From Cyanidioschyzon merolae (Eukaryota): DNA of 64,000 nt. Numbering within the stretch: position 1 is the first letter of the stretch; each line of letters starts with the position of its first letter. Both the position numbers and the translations under genes were made by a program. Below the pieces are notes generated by a model. It was not told the DNA's origin. It saw only the letters and a list, made by a program, of their open reading frames with translations, and searched no databases. The stretch is taken from the NCBI GenBank assembly GCA_000091205.1, contig AP006493.2; one strand, given 5' to 3'. Of this stretch, positions 22,440 to 32,823 are shown piece by piece.

Positions 22440-23230
22440 TGAGTGCCGCCACTGGTGCAACGCAAGTTGGTTTCGTCCCTGATGCGCGTAATCGAATACT
22501 TTTTCGCAGTGTAGAGCCGGAGATTGAAATCCCGATGCAGTGTACCGTATAGATCGCAGACGAACTGCCTGTAAGGTGTATTCCTTACTGAGCCGTGTAA
22601 CGATGACTGCGTTCCTCATCCAGGTCAGTCATACCATAGTAATCTAATGGTTGAGGAACACTGAAAGAAACAAGCACATGCGCACGGCGCCAAAAACAGA
22701 TATTCTCAAAGCGTGTTTGCGATCAACGGTAGAAAAAGACCCATCGATCACCTTGCGGAACGAGAAACTGACGGTGATGGCCACCATGGGCCTCTACATC
22801 GCTCAACAGCTTGTTCGTGTGGCCCTGGAAACACTGGGGCACAGTTACGTGAAAAGAGTCCTAGTTCACGCACAGTCATCTTCCACTGAAATCGGAACTC
22901 TAGTGTTCCTGGACGTCGCGATCCGTATAAAGCAGAGGAGCGTCGATTTGTTTCTTCAGTCGATGAGGCTTGCGTTGGACGAACCGTACAGAGCTGATAT
23001 AAGTATTGGCAGAGAGAGAGCCCATTGTATGGATGATTGAACTCGAAGAGAACGACAACATCATCTATTCTAGCTGCAGAGGATTCATCTGGCTGCCTCA
23101 GTTTTGCTCGCAAAGAAGGCTCATACAACAGAGCCCACTTTTTCGAGTCATTGAAGACTTTTTCCTTTACGTCTGGCGACGTCCTTCTATTGCACAATGT
23201 GGCGTTTCACCATTCCCCTTGCGTTCGAGC
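22440..23230. repeat. ~800-bp segment that is an inverted, diverged (~70-85%) duplicate of 52426..53220
   Basis: The reverse complement of 23100-23230 aligns to 52426-52560 (gctcgaacgcaaggggaatggtgaaacgccacattgtg / ggtcgaacgcaaggggaatggtggaataccacattgtg; aagtcttcaatga shared). Similarity was followed by eye down to ~22500 and up to ~53160. Confidence 0.75.
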
Positions 23231-24104
23231 TTTTGCCAATTCTACCAGGGGGTAGAGCTGTTTTACATTCCTCTCTACGCTCCGTGATTCAACCGCCTCG
23301 AACAAGTGTTTTCTATCGTAAAACGTAATGATCGCTCCACTTGGCGAATCGCTGCGTGGCTCAGCACGGTGACACTGGGGCGCATGTCGTCCTTCTTCCG
23401 CAAGTCTTGTTCGCTCCCGGTAGGTCGTCACCTACGGGCATGAAAAAGTGCGTTCATGTTCAAGGAAAAAATCCAACGGAAATTTAAGGACATGAAAGGC
23501 AAGGATCCCGGAGAGCTGTCATCACCGGGTGTCGGAAATTCAAAAAATCCCCTGCTCGCCGACTATGGAGCGAATGAGAGGAGGGAGAAGAGGAGAGGTC
23601 GACGAGAAAAAGTGTCTGCCGTACCGGGCGATGTCGAGCCTATAGTGGCACTGAGAGCACGGGCTCTAGCAATCCTTGCATTGGTGAGTTCAACCAGTGT
23701 CAACAAACGCAAGGAGTTCATGACCAGAGACTTCAACGCTGTTATCAATATCAGATGATGTGCGGTGCTGAAGACGAGACCCGAGGAGCTGACGCGAACG
23801 AACTTGATGGGGCAGCCTCCCAGGCTCGAAGCGTACAGCCAAACACTGAAACTGAGAACAAGCAGCCGGTAAAATAGGCTGGGAGGCATCCGCGAGGGGG
23901 CATCTATTTACCCTGCATCGTCGTAAAACATTTATCGTTCCATGCGAAGAGAGCGCGATCTTCATGGACCGCCTCGAGCACCAGGCGTCGCACTGATGGA
24001 TCATGGTCGTGATACCTCGCAGCTGGGCAAAACCACGTCTAGTCCGGTGAACAACCAGTTTCGTACGATTTGTTCGGACCCGAGTAGATCACACGTGGCC
24101 GGCA

Positions 24105-25568
24105 ATGAAACGGGCTGTGTCACGTCTAGTCGTGTCGGTGGCTATCGGCATCGGCGTCGTCGACTTTGTTCTGCTGGTGCTGGTTGTCGTTCGCAGGCCG
24201 TACACCGAGATCGACTGGATCGCATACATGGAACAAGTGAAACAAGCATTTGAAAACAACGAACGGGACTATGCACGAATTCATGGTCGCACGGGACCAC
24301 TTGTATACCCAGCTGGCTTTCTCTGGATCTATTACCTGCTTTACCGCTGGACCAATGGAGGAACTTTGCGCACTCGAGCGCAGGTCGCGTTTGCTGCGCT
24401 GCACGCACTCGGAGTAGCCCTGACTTGCGCAGTGTACCAGATAGCTACGCTGGACTTGGACATGGAGAGAGACCGCCCGTCAGTCGCGAAACCTCAGCGG
24501 AGTGCTCGCTTCCTGGCGCCAACAAGCATCGGCCTGATCGCTGCGCTTCTTGTCGCGCTGAGCTCCCGCCGAGTGGCCTCGATTTTCGTGCTTCGTCTGT
24601 TTAATGATGGTGTAGAGAGCGTTCTCATGCAGGCTAGTGTGCTGTTCTTCGTCATTGCGCGTTCGCGCTCGCACAGCGGCCAACACATACGCCACCAATG
24701 GCTCATGGATGTGATCGCCTGCCTTCTCTACTCTATGGCCGTGAGTGTGAAAATGAACGCCCTTCTCTATGCCCCTGCAGTGCTTGTGCTGCTCTGGGAA
24801 GCACACGGTTTCCTTCAAACACTTATCTACCTAGTTGGGGTCTGCGGCTCATGGCAGCTGGTAATTGGGTGGCGTTTCTTACGCCAACATCCCTGGAGTT
24901 ATCTCCGCAAGGCATTCGAGTTTGGACGCGTGTTCGACCAGCGCTGGAGTGTAAATTTTGCCTGCCTGCCAGAACATGTATTCGTTCATCCGTGTTGGGC
25001 GGCCCTGTTATTGACGCTTCATGTGCTAGCATTGGCTCTCTTCGGTGTTCGCGCTGGTGTACCGCTGTGGTTGCGATGTCGTCCATCAGAGAATGCTGAA
25101 TCTCGGGTGAACGCGTTTCGCACAGCGCTACTGCTGTGGTCAAGCAATTTGATCGGCATGGCTTTTGCTCGATCGCTGCATTACCAGTTCCTTGCATGGG
25201 TCTGGTGGTCGTCGCCCTTTATCGCTCTCGCCGACTGGATGATGGCAGTAGAGCTGTTTCGACCGCGAGTCGACTTGATGGCTATAGGCTGGCGCCTGGT
25301 GCCGGTCTTGCTCATCGAACTCGTGTTCAACCGATACCCGCCAAAGTGCTGGGCTAGCGTCGTGCTGCATATCGCGCACGCCTGTCTCCTGGTTCGCGTG
25401 TGGGCCACCGTGGCACGCTGGCGCAGGCGTGACGAGCAAACCCCGCAGCGTCGCCCAGTCTATGGACAGCCGAGGCCGGGCATGGACGATGAACGGCAAT
25501 CAATGTACGTTCCCGAGCGAGCCGCAGCAGAACGGAGGCAGCGACCTGGAGTTGCAGCCACCAAGTAG
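24105..25568 (+). CDS. ALG3: Dol-P-Man:Man5GlcNAc2-PP-Dol alpha-1,3-mannosyltransferase (ALG3)
   Basis: 487-aa polytopic ORF. The N-terminal signature TEIDWIAYMEQV...ERDYARIHGRTGPLVYPAGFLWIYYLLY matches the ALG3/Not56 family. Confidence 0.85.
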   Translation: MKRAVSRLVVSVAIGIGVVDFVLLVLVVVRRPYTEIDWIAYMEQVKQAFENNERDYARIHGRTGPLVYPAGFLWIYYLLYRWTNGGTLRTRAQVAFAALHALGVALTCAVYQIATLDLDMERDRPSVAKPQRSARFLAPTSIGLIAALLVALSSRRVASIFVLRLFNDGVESVLMQASVLFFVIARSRSHSGQHIRHQWLMDVIACLLYSMAVSVKMNALLYAPAVLVLLWEAHGFLQTLIYLVGVCGSWQLVIGWRFLRQHPWSYLRKAFEFGRVFDQRWSVNFACLPEHVFVHPCWAALLLTLHVLALALFGVRAGVPLWLRCRPSENAESRVNAFRTALLLWSSNLIGMAFARSLHYQFLAWVWWSSPFIALADWMMAVELFRPRVDLMAIGWRLVPVLLIELVFNRYPPKCWASVVLHIAHACLLVRVWATVARWRRRDEQTPQRRPVYGQPRPGMDDERQSMYVPERAAAERRQRPGVAATK

Positions 25569-26429
25569 GGAATGATGTAACATCCAGATTGGAGTTGTCT
25601 GTGCAGTGATAGCGTTCAACGAGCGAAATCGATAGGCACGGGCTTGAATTCGCTGGAATAGGAGCGTATCCGGCGGAAAGAATTGGATGCATGCAACCAG
25701 CGTTTCTCGCATGCAACGCGAACGCTCTCATGGGAATAAAACAACCGGTATTCTCCAGTGATATTGCCGTGTAGATGAAGTCACCTGGAAGAATGTTCCG
25801 ATGAGGTCACTGGTCGTTATCGCCGAGCCTGTGGAAACGAGCTCCTTGGGCAGGACAATCGGGCGACTGTTTCCGTCACATTCCCGAGAGCTTTCGAACT
25901 TGCAGCCGCTGACTGACATCTGTAGCTCTCACTTGACTCGCACTGCTGCGATCGCAACCATAACGGAGCCATAAGCTTTTCTGCTGCGCCATCGTTTACA
26001 CCAATCAGTTATCATGTGCAAGCTGCGTTAACTGGTGCATTCGCGCTGCTCGCCTGGGTCGAGGTATCCTGTCAAGCACGGAAGTGCGCCTTCACCGACT
26101 GCTTCGGTCACTGCTGAATCAGTGTGTTTTATAAGGTTCCCGCCCGTGAGCATCGCTTGCAGCGTAAGCCAAAGCGAGCGGCGCCAGTTACACTACATTT
26201 TTACGCCAGCACTGCAGCCCAGGGTTGGATATTTAGAGTCATATGCTCGGGAGGGTATGGTGTAATGAGTAGTATCGCTTCCTAGAACACCATTATCGTC
26301 TACAAATTGCCAAGGAAGCATGTTCCCGGAATATACATACGACGCTCCAGCCGTTCGACATGACTAATCCGTAAAATACGACTGCCTTTCTGCATGTGAT
26401 CATCCGATGTGCTGCCTTCTGGACACTGA

Positions 26430-27930
26430 TTTCTTTCATTGCAAGTCCGCAGCGTTTCCACATAATACCTACGCTGAGTGCTAAGCGATTCAATCGAAAG
26501 ATCGCCAGACACAAAGCATCTGGGCACACTCCGAAGGCACGAGACTTTTTCAGAAGTTTGATGTAAGCGTGTACGTTTCGCTGCAGAACGTGCTTGCGTA
26601 CATTGCAGCTGGTGGAGTCGCACAGCAGCAGGCCTCTCGCTTTCGATTCCCTGGCCATCTGACGATCGGTCAGCTTGCCGTACACCATCTCGTGGATCGG
26701 TCTCTGGTTCACTCCGTGATTCTCTACTAGTTTGCGCATGCATATCTGCTTTGGATGCGTTTACGTCACCCCGACACATCGATAGGGATCTTTCAGCATC
26801 GGTTCCTGCCCTCGCTGCACGCTCTGGTGGAAGGAGCGTGAGAGCAGACTCGAAGCGCTAGAGCAGATTCAGCTCCGTAGGCTACCCACAAACAATGCCC
26901 ATTATCGTTCTTCTCCTTTTCGCACTCAACAAAGAAGTTGGCCAATGCATGACACGTCCCTCCGGAGAACGGGAAACTTTCGAAACCCCAGCGCTATCTC
27001 AATTTCTTTTGAAAGCGAACGTGCGCTTGAGCCACTTGGACGCTCGTATTCTCTCTAAATGAAGCGTCGAACGCGTCATCCGCTGCTCGGTACGGGCCCT
27101 AGAGCCACCAGATACGTCTTAACTCCGCTAGTTAATTTTCTGATATGCTACCTGACGTTCATTGAGCCGTCTTCCAATCATCCTCTGCCTTGGAAAACCT
27201 GAGCAGCCTCGGATGCTCTTCATTCGAGTCTTTGGTCCCGCCCTCTTGAGACAGAGCGAAGGCGACGGCTATGGCGCCCTCCAATGCGGGATGCCCGATC
27301 ACCATCAACGCTTTCTGCACATCTACCGAAAACGCCTGAAAATTCGTCTGGTTCCGAGACTCAGGCCTAGGTATCACAGAGAGCATACAGAATGATACTC
27401 CTTCGACCTAAATCGCACGTGAATCATTCCCTCGTTTTCCTCCTTGGAAACGAGAAATCTTGACCGGGCGCCGCCAATACTCCTCGACAAGTTTTTTGAA
27501 CGCTCCAATCATGCTCGCAGAGACCTGCTCACTCTTTGCTTCTCATTTCCCTGACGGGATGGCATGGATGCCGCCATTATACTCAAAATCCGTTTTTCCT
27601 CGAGTCTCGTAAGCAATGGGTGAAGGCTGACGCTGAAGCTCGTCTTTTTCTATGTGTTTACATTAGCTCAAATACCTCTTCAAGACCTCCTCCGTGGCGA
27701 ATGCGCCCATGCAACATAGCGCGAATCTCCACTCCCTCTATTATACAATTCGAACAGCAAGAGAGCAGACTAAGGCTGGTAAAGATCGACACCGATTTGC
27801 TAACGAAAAACGGAACGAGTGCAAACGACTCGTCCATGGATCCGGGGGCGTAAACCTGGCGTTTGACCCCAGGCAAGACGCGACCGACTGGATTGCACTG
27901 AGCAGAATACGCTGGTACAACGAGCAGCTG
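26430..27930. repeat. Diverged, internally deleted third copy of the 7350..9990 repeat unit
   Basis: Collinear blocks shared with copy 1 over 26430-27200: ttcaatcgaaagatcgc; ttgccggtggaatcgtaccatagcaggcc / ttgcagctggtggagtcgcacagcagcaggcc; ccttttccatttca...gaagttggtgaatgc / ccttttcgcactca...gaagttggccaatgc; ttgagccgtctt. This is followed by the 9520-9990-like module at 27480-27930. Confidence 0.65.
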
Positions 27931-29162
27931 AGCGCTAGACTGAGCAGCATACTACTTGATCGCACATGAGTAACGTAAAGCGAAGTTGTCTAAAACCAGG
28001 ATGAAATGATGTGCGATAAAGAAGTCATGAAATGCTTGGATCAAGAATGAGATGTTGAAAGATGCTGTTCGGTCAGCGACCTGTAGGCGATCACACCACT
28101 GAACCGCCACAAGGCCTGCTACGCTCGCCATGGTCGCTTGCCTGCTCTTTACAAGTAGCGGCCTCGTCCTTTTTGAGCTACGGTATATGTATATACAGGT
28201 CTAGCGTTTCTCCCGAATAAACGCTCATCGAGTTAGAGGGGTACGCTTGCTTCCTGAAAAAGCCGTACGCGCCTCAGTCCAATATCAACAGGGTGTTGTC
28301 CAAAGCACGGCGGTATCCCACAGAATCGCCCTTTTTCCATATCCGCATCTGGTCATCACCGTTCGTATACACGCTACGATACTTCATACCCTGTGGCTTC
28401 TTTGGTGGGTTTTCATCGGCAAACACATGCAATCGAATGCTATGACGAGAAGACAGTGATGTAGATAGCGTTTCAAGAGCTCTGTTTCAGCTGTACGACG
28501 TCGAGGATATGAAGGAAAAGTAGGACCTGGGATCCATCTGCTGATCGCAGAATGACCGACTTGTACGGAGAAGGACTTTACGCGCAAGCTAGCAGTGACG
28601 GCATCACGTTTTCCACGACTTTTCGCCATTCTCAAGAATGCATCCCGTCGCTGAGCACCTGCGAGAAAAAGACAAATAACAGCGAAAAGGACGTGCTGTT
28701 CCACGTAATCCAGCATTTACTGCTCTGGGGATAACGTTCCCGTGGTGCATAGATGCTTCGCCTGCGATGATGACTCCCGAGTATTCACGTTCGCCAGAGA
28801 CGGCCCACGAAGGCTGTTTGATTTGCAAGCGACCCAGGGAGCACAGCGGCGACTGCCGTGCATAGGAACGTCATCAATTGACACGCTTCGCGCCATTCAC
28901 AAACATCTCCAGTGCAATGCAAACGGTACACCAGCATTGGCAATAAAAGCAGCAACGCTACCATTGGCTGATATTATGCCACTGAGTGCAATCGCTATTC
29001 TCGGCGCTTTAGAAGATCCAAACAAGTCTATCTCATACATAATCGGCTCTAAGCGACCTTTAAGTCGTCAACGTCAGTCTCACGCAACCGTACCCATATG
29101 CCTGGACCGCCTGTTTACCGCAGATGCCTCGATCCTCTGCGTCTAGGACGGATGCTGCATGC

Positions 29163-29276
29163 GGGTGTGCGTGCGTGCGTGCATACGTGTGTGTGTGTGC
29201 GTGTGTGCGTGCGTGCGTGTGTGCGTGCGTGCGTGCGTGCGCGCGTGCGTGTGTGCGTGCGTGCGTGCGTGCGTGC
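29163..29276. repeat. (GTGC)n/(GT)n compound microsatellite, ~115 bp of alternating purine-pyrimidine sequence
   Basis: Direct reading: gtgcgtgcgtgcgtgc...gtgtgtgtgtgc... Confidence 0.9.
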
Positions 29277-29991
29277 ACGTCTACACGACATATGCAACCC
29301 ACATCCCGTGGGTTCCTTGCTGATCGCCGCGCCCGTATATACGCTTGCGTCCTTCGAGGTTGTGGCGGCAACCGAAGTATGCCCATGGCTTCGGCGCAAG
29401 ACCCCATCGCTCACTAATACGCAAGGTCAATACATTCAGTTGGTGCTGTGGATACGCAGGACGCTCATGCACGTATCCAATTCGACGGTAGATGCTGAGA
29501 TGCCTTCTGAAACCCTGCGGCAAGGGATAATGCCGCAAGCTTTTACGTCGAAGCATATCATGGGGCGGAGTCATCGCTGTTTAGAGCGCATTCTGCATAC
29601 CGTTGCATGAATCGGTGAACGGTTCGCCAATACGGTTCCTGCTATAACTTTGGGACGGCCGAGGGGAGCGCCCGTGGACCTTTGTTGTCGTCGACGTCTC
29701 GCCATGGCTGCAGTGCAAATGAAGGGCCTGCCGCAGTGCCCCGAGCGTGCATCTCCAAGGTACCAGTGAAAACAGGGCCAGCAATTCGTTCGACGTCTTT
29801 GACGAGCAAGCACACCCCGTACGTTCCGCGGCCCGTGGCCCTTTCACAAGCTCGAGATCGCAAGAGAACAGCGTACCCAGAATCGGAATGCATCGCCGAA
29901 GCAGCCCCGACAACGGTCTCCAATGCTATTATGGTTCCGCGATCAAGAACGCTGTACTTGTCCGAGGCGGAGCCAACGACTGGTTTCTCCC

Positions 29992-31269
29992 TCACCTCTG
30001 CTGTTTTGAACCCCGCGTCTCGTAGTAATTTTTCACGAGAGAATAGAGCAGGACACCCCCGATTGCAATCGCACTGCCGAGCCATCCGCGCCAGTCAATG
30101 GGATTCTTGAAAACGATCACGCTAGCAATGATGATGACCACTCGTTTCACCGTATTCCCAACAGCATGAGTAATTGGGTGGACCGAATCCAAAGCCATGA
30201 AAGCGATTTCATTGTACAGGTAGAAAAAGAGGCCGCTAACGCCTACCCATACCAGAAGCTTCGGTAAGGTCATTGCGGCGACGGCCGCTCGCCAGGCCGC
30301 GGGAAACACCCGCCATTCAGCGATGAGAGCGAATGGCAGCAGAAGAAAAGTCGATAAGATTGTTAGAACAGCGTACAGGTTCATGGGCGTCATATTCTGC
30401 CCCTTTGGTGTCGTCATGTTGATCTTGCTGAAAATATTCCGCGCTGTGAACGCAAAATTCGAGCCCATTGCAGTCAGGAATCCCATCCAGTTAAAGGTGG
30501 CCTCTGAGACGGACGCCATAATGACGCCAGCAACGACAGGGATCAGTGACGCATAGACCGGCAGCGGGAATACGCTCCGCAGAAAGATGGCGGAACCCAC
30601 CACATTCACGAAAGGTTCAAGCGCTTTGACCACATGCGTGAAACTTATCGCGACGGCACCAAACGACAGCACCGTGCACAGGTGACCCAGCGTATGCGCC
30701 GCCGCCACCGGCAATAGCTTCTGCACATCGTTCAGAGAAATAGTAGGTGCTTTGCGTATTCCCAGCGTCCACACCAGCAAGATGTACGGAATACCTAGCG
30801 CGAGTTGCAACCAGGCGACAATCCAGCCACCGCCGCCCATCGCGTTCAGTACAGTCTTGTTGCTGATATTGTAAACGATGTTGAACAGGTACCATAGGAG
30901 AAAATAAGACCCGATTTTCAACCGCCGGGCGATACCCAGCTCGCTCACTGGTTTTGGCACACCACCTGAAGCGGCATCCTCGGCTGCAGCCGCCATGCGT
31001 ACAGCCGCGACGGCCAGCTTACCCGTGCGTGCCTGGACGCCACGCCACTGGTACTCGGGTCGCCGCGGGAAACCCCATCTCCGCGGAGCCCAGGAAGTTG
31101 CACTGCGCGCAAGTACCGACGTCACAGGCAGCGCAGATGTTTTTGAACAAACCGGCCCCCTGCTGCTCCGTCCGGCTAGGCCCCGAAGCGACGCACAAAT
31201 CCGGAACGGCGTGAAGCCTCCAACGAACGCCAATGTTTTCGTATATGCCCGGTTGTAGTCTGTGGTCAT
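29992..31269 (-). CDS. Plastid-type triose-phosphate/phosphate translocator (TPT/DMT family) with a ~100-aa N-terminal presequence. The uninterrupted ORF extends to 31593, but the start at 31269 is more likely.
   Basis: Conserved TPT core (YFLLWYLFNIVYNISNKTVLN, KALEPFVNVV, NFAFTARNIFSK) and multiple TM helices. A Ser/Arg/Ala-rich leader precedes the core. Confidence 0.85.
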   Translation of the reverse strand: MTTDYNRAYTKTLAFVGGFTPFRICASLRGLAGRSSRGPVCSKTSALPVTSVLARSATSWAPRRWGFPRRPEYQWRGVQARTGKLAVAAVRMAAAAEDAASGGVPKPVSELGIARRLKIGSYFLLWYLFNIVYNISNKTVLNAMGGGGWIVAWLQLALGIPYILLVWTLGIRKAPTISLNDVQKLLPVAAAHTLGHLCTVLSFGAVAISFTHVVKALEPFVNVVGSAIFLRSVFPLPVYASLIPVVAGVIMASVSEATFNWMGFLTAMGSNFAFTARNIFSKINMTTPKGQNMTPMNLYAVLTILSTFLLLPFALIAEWRVFPAAWRAAVAAMTLPKLLVWVGVSGLFFYLYNEIAFMALDSVHPITHAVGNTVKRVVIIIASVIVFKNPIDWRGWLGSAIAIGGVLLYSLVKNYYETRGSKQQR

Positions 31270-32823
31270 TTTCTGAGGCACCAGATGGAGTCCAGCGCTT
31301 ATTTCAAACTGGAGACTCTCGCCGCTACGATACCAGCAGCCAATGCTCTGCCTGATGCGCACCCACGAAGCAAATCGTGCCCAGCGCAGCGACCTCGACC
31401 CGGAGGAGCACAGGGCGCACCGCCGGCGGTCGCGGCGACGGCGACGGTGGCGGCGGATCGGATCCCAGGCGCATCGCATCGGCGGCGATGCACAAAAAAA
31501 AGGAAGAAAAGAACAATGCGCATCATCGGAGAACGCTGGCCTAAGTAAACGTTTTGTCAATGGAAAAAAACCGGCGGCGATGCCGATACCCATCGCCTGC
31601 TTCTGAGCCCCACCGGCTGCGATGATTGCGGAGAGAGCTGTCGCCTGCCGGGGCGTTTTGCTGCAGTGAAAGTTGGATGCATTGAAGCTGATTCCGAGTG
31701 CATGTGCGTGTGCGTGTTACAAGAGGAAACGAATGCGTTCTTGGTCTCTGTGGATACGCGTTCGCGTACCATAAACTTTAGCGACTTTTTGTCAGAGAAG
31801 CTAGGTTCAGCGGCTTCTGGATGAAGCGTTGCTCTGATGAGGCGGGACGGCGGTGCAGTGCCTTTGTGGGCGTCGGCTCGCTGCGTTGTTCACTTGGTAC
31901 GGGCACAGGTCTCATGATCGGTCTGGGAGCTAGCAGGCCGCTCAGACGGACCTGATGCCGATGGTGGCGCGACAAGACACGCTGGGAGACCACAGCGTCC
32001 AAGGCGGTGCCTCGGCGCAGGCGATGCACTGATCGCCCGGGCAACATCTGCCTCGAGGGCGATTTGCGCATATCTCGCAACGGCACGAGCCATTGAGAAG
32101 GGCGGTGCGCGGAGCACTTGCCCCACAGCATAGGTCGATGCGCGGGTCGTTCCGCATAGACGGTAAACTGTGAAAGAAACGGAAACCTTTCCACCTAATA
32201 CTGTTTGCCATGGACAGGGAGCCAAGCAGTAAACTAGTCGCTCTTCAGTGGTTAGATCCTGTTGGCTCTCTATGGTGCGCAATCGATCTCTGTCTCTGAT
32301 CTGGAGCCTACGGCCGCTTCAACGCTGTCCGTCCACAAGGAATGCACCGCGACGCTTCCATGAAAGCGTCCAAGTTCCATATGCTCTGGTCTATGTATTC
32401 TCCAATGAACAATGGATGGTGGAATCGGGCGACCTTCTGCACGCCGATTCTGCGGCAAACGCCTGTAGGAACACCGGACGCGTCTCTACGCTCGCCATAT
32501 GAAGACCGACATTTTTTCACTGGAGCAACCTCAATGAACCTAACCAGGTCACGGATATTGGATACCATTGTCATGCCTTGAAGAACATTGACGGGAGGTT
32601 TTGTCGCCTCCTGTTTTCGGTAACGGAGGTGTGCGCTTTGCGCTGCTGCGATGCAACCTCAGTACGGATGCGCGACGGATACCACAACAGCGTCCAGGAT
32701 TCGGTTTCGTGCACGTCTGCAATCACTCATTTATCTGATCAAGTAAATGAAGCTCTAGGAACGTCCTTCGATCGAGACACGCGGCTCATCTTTCCAGCGT
32801 GCGAGGAGAGCCGCACGGTCGAC

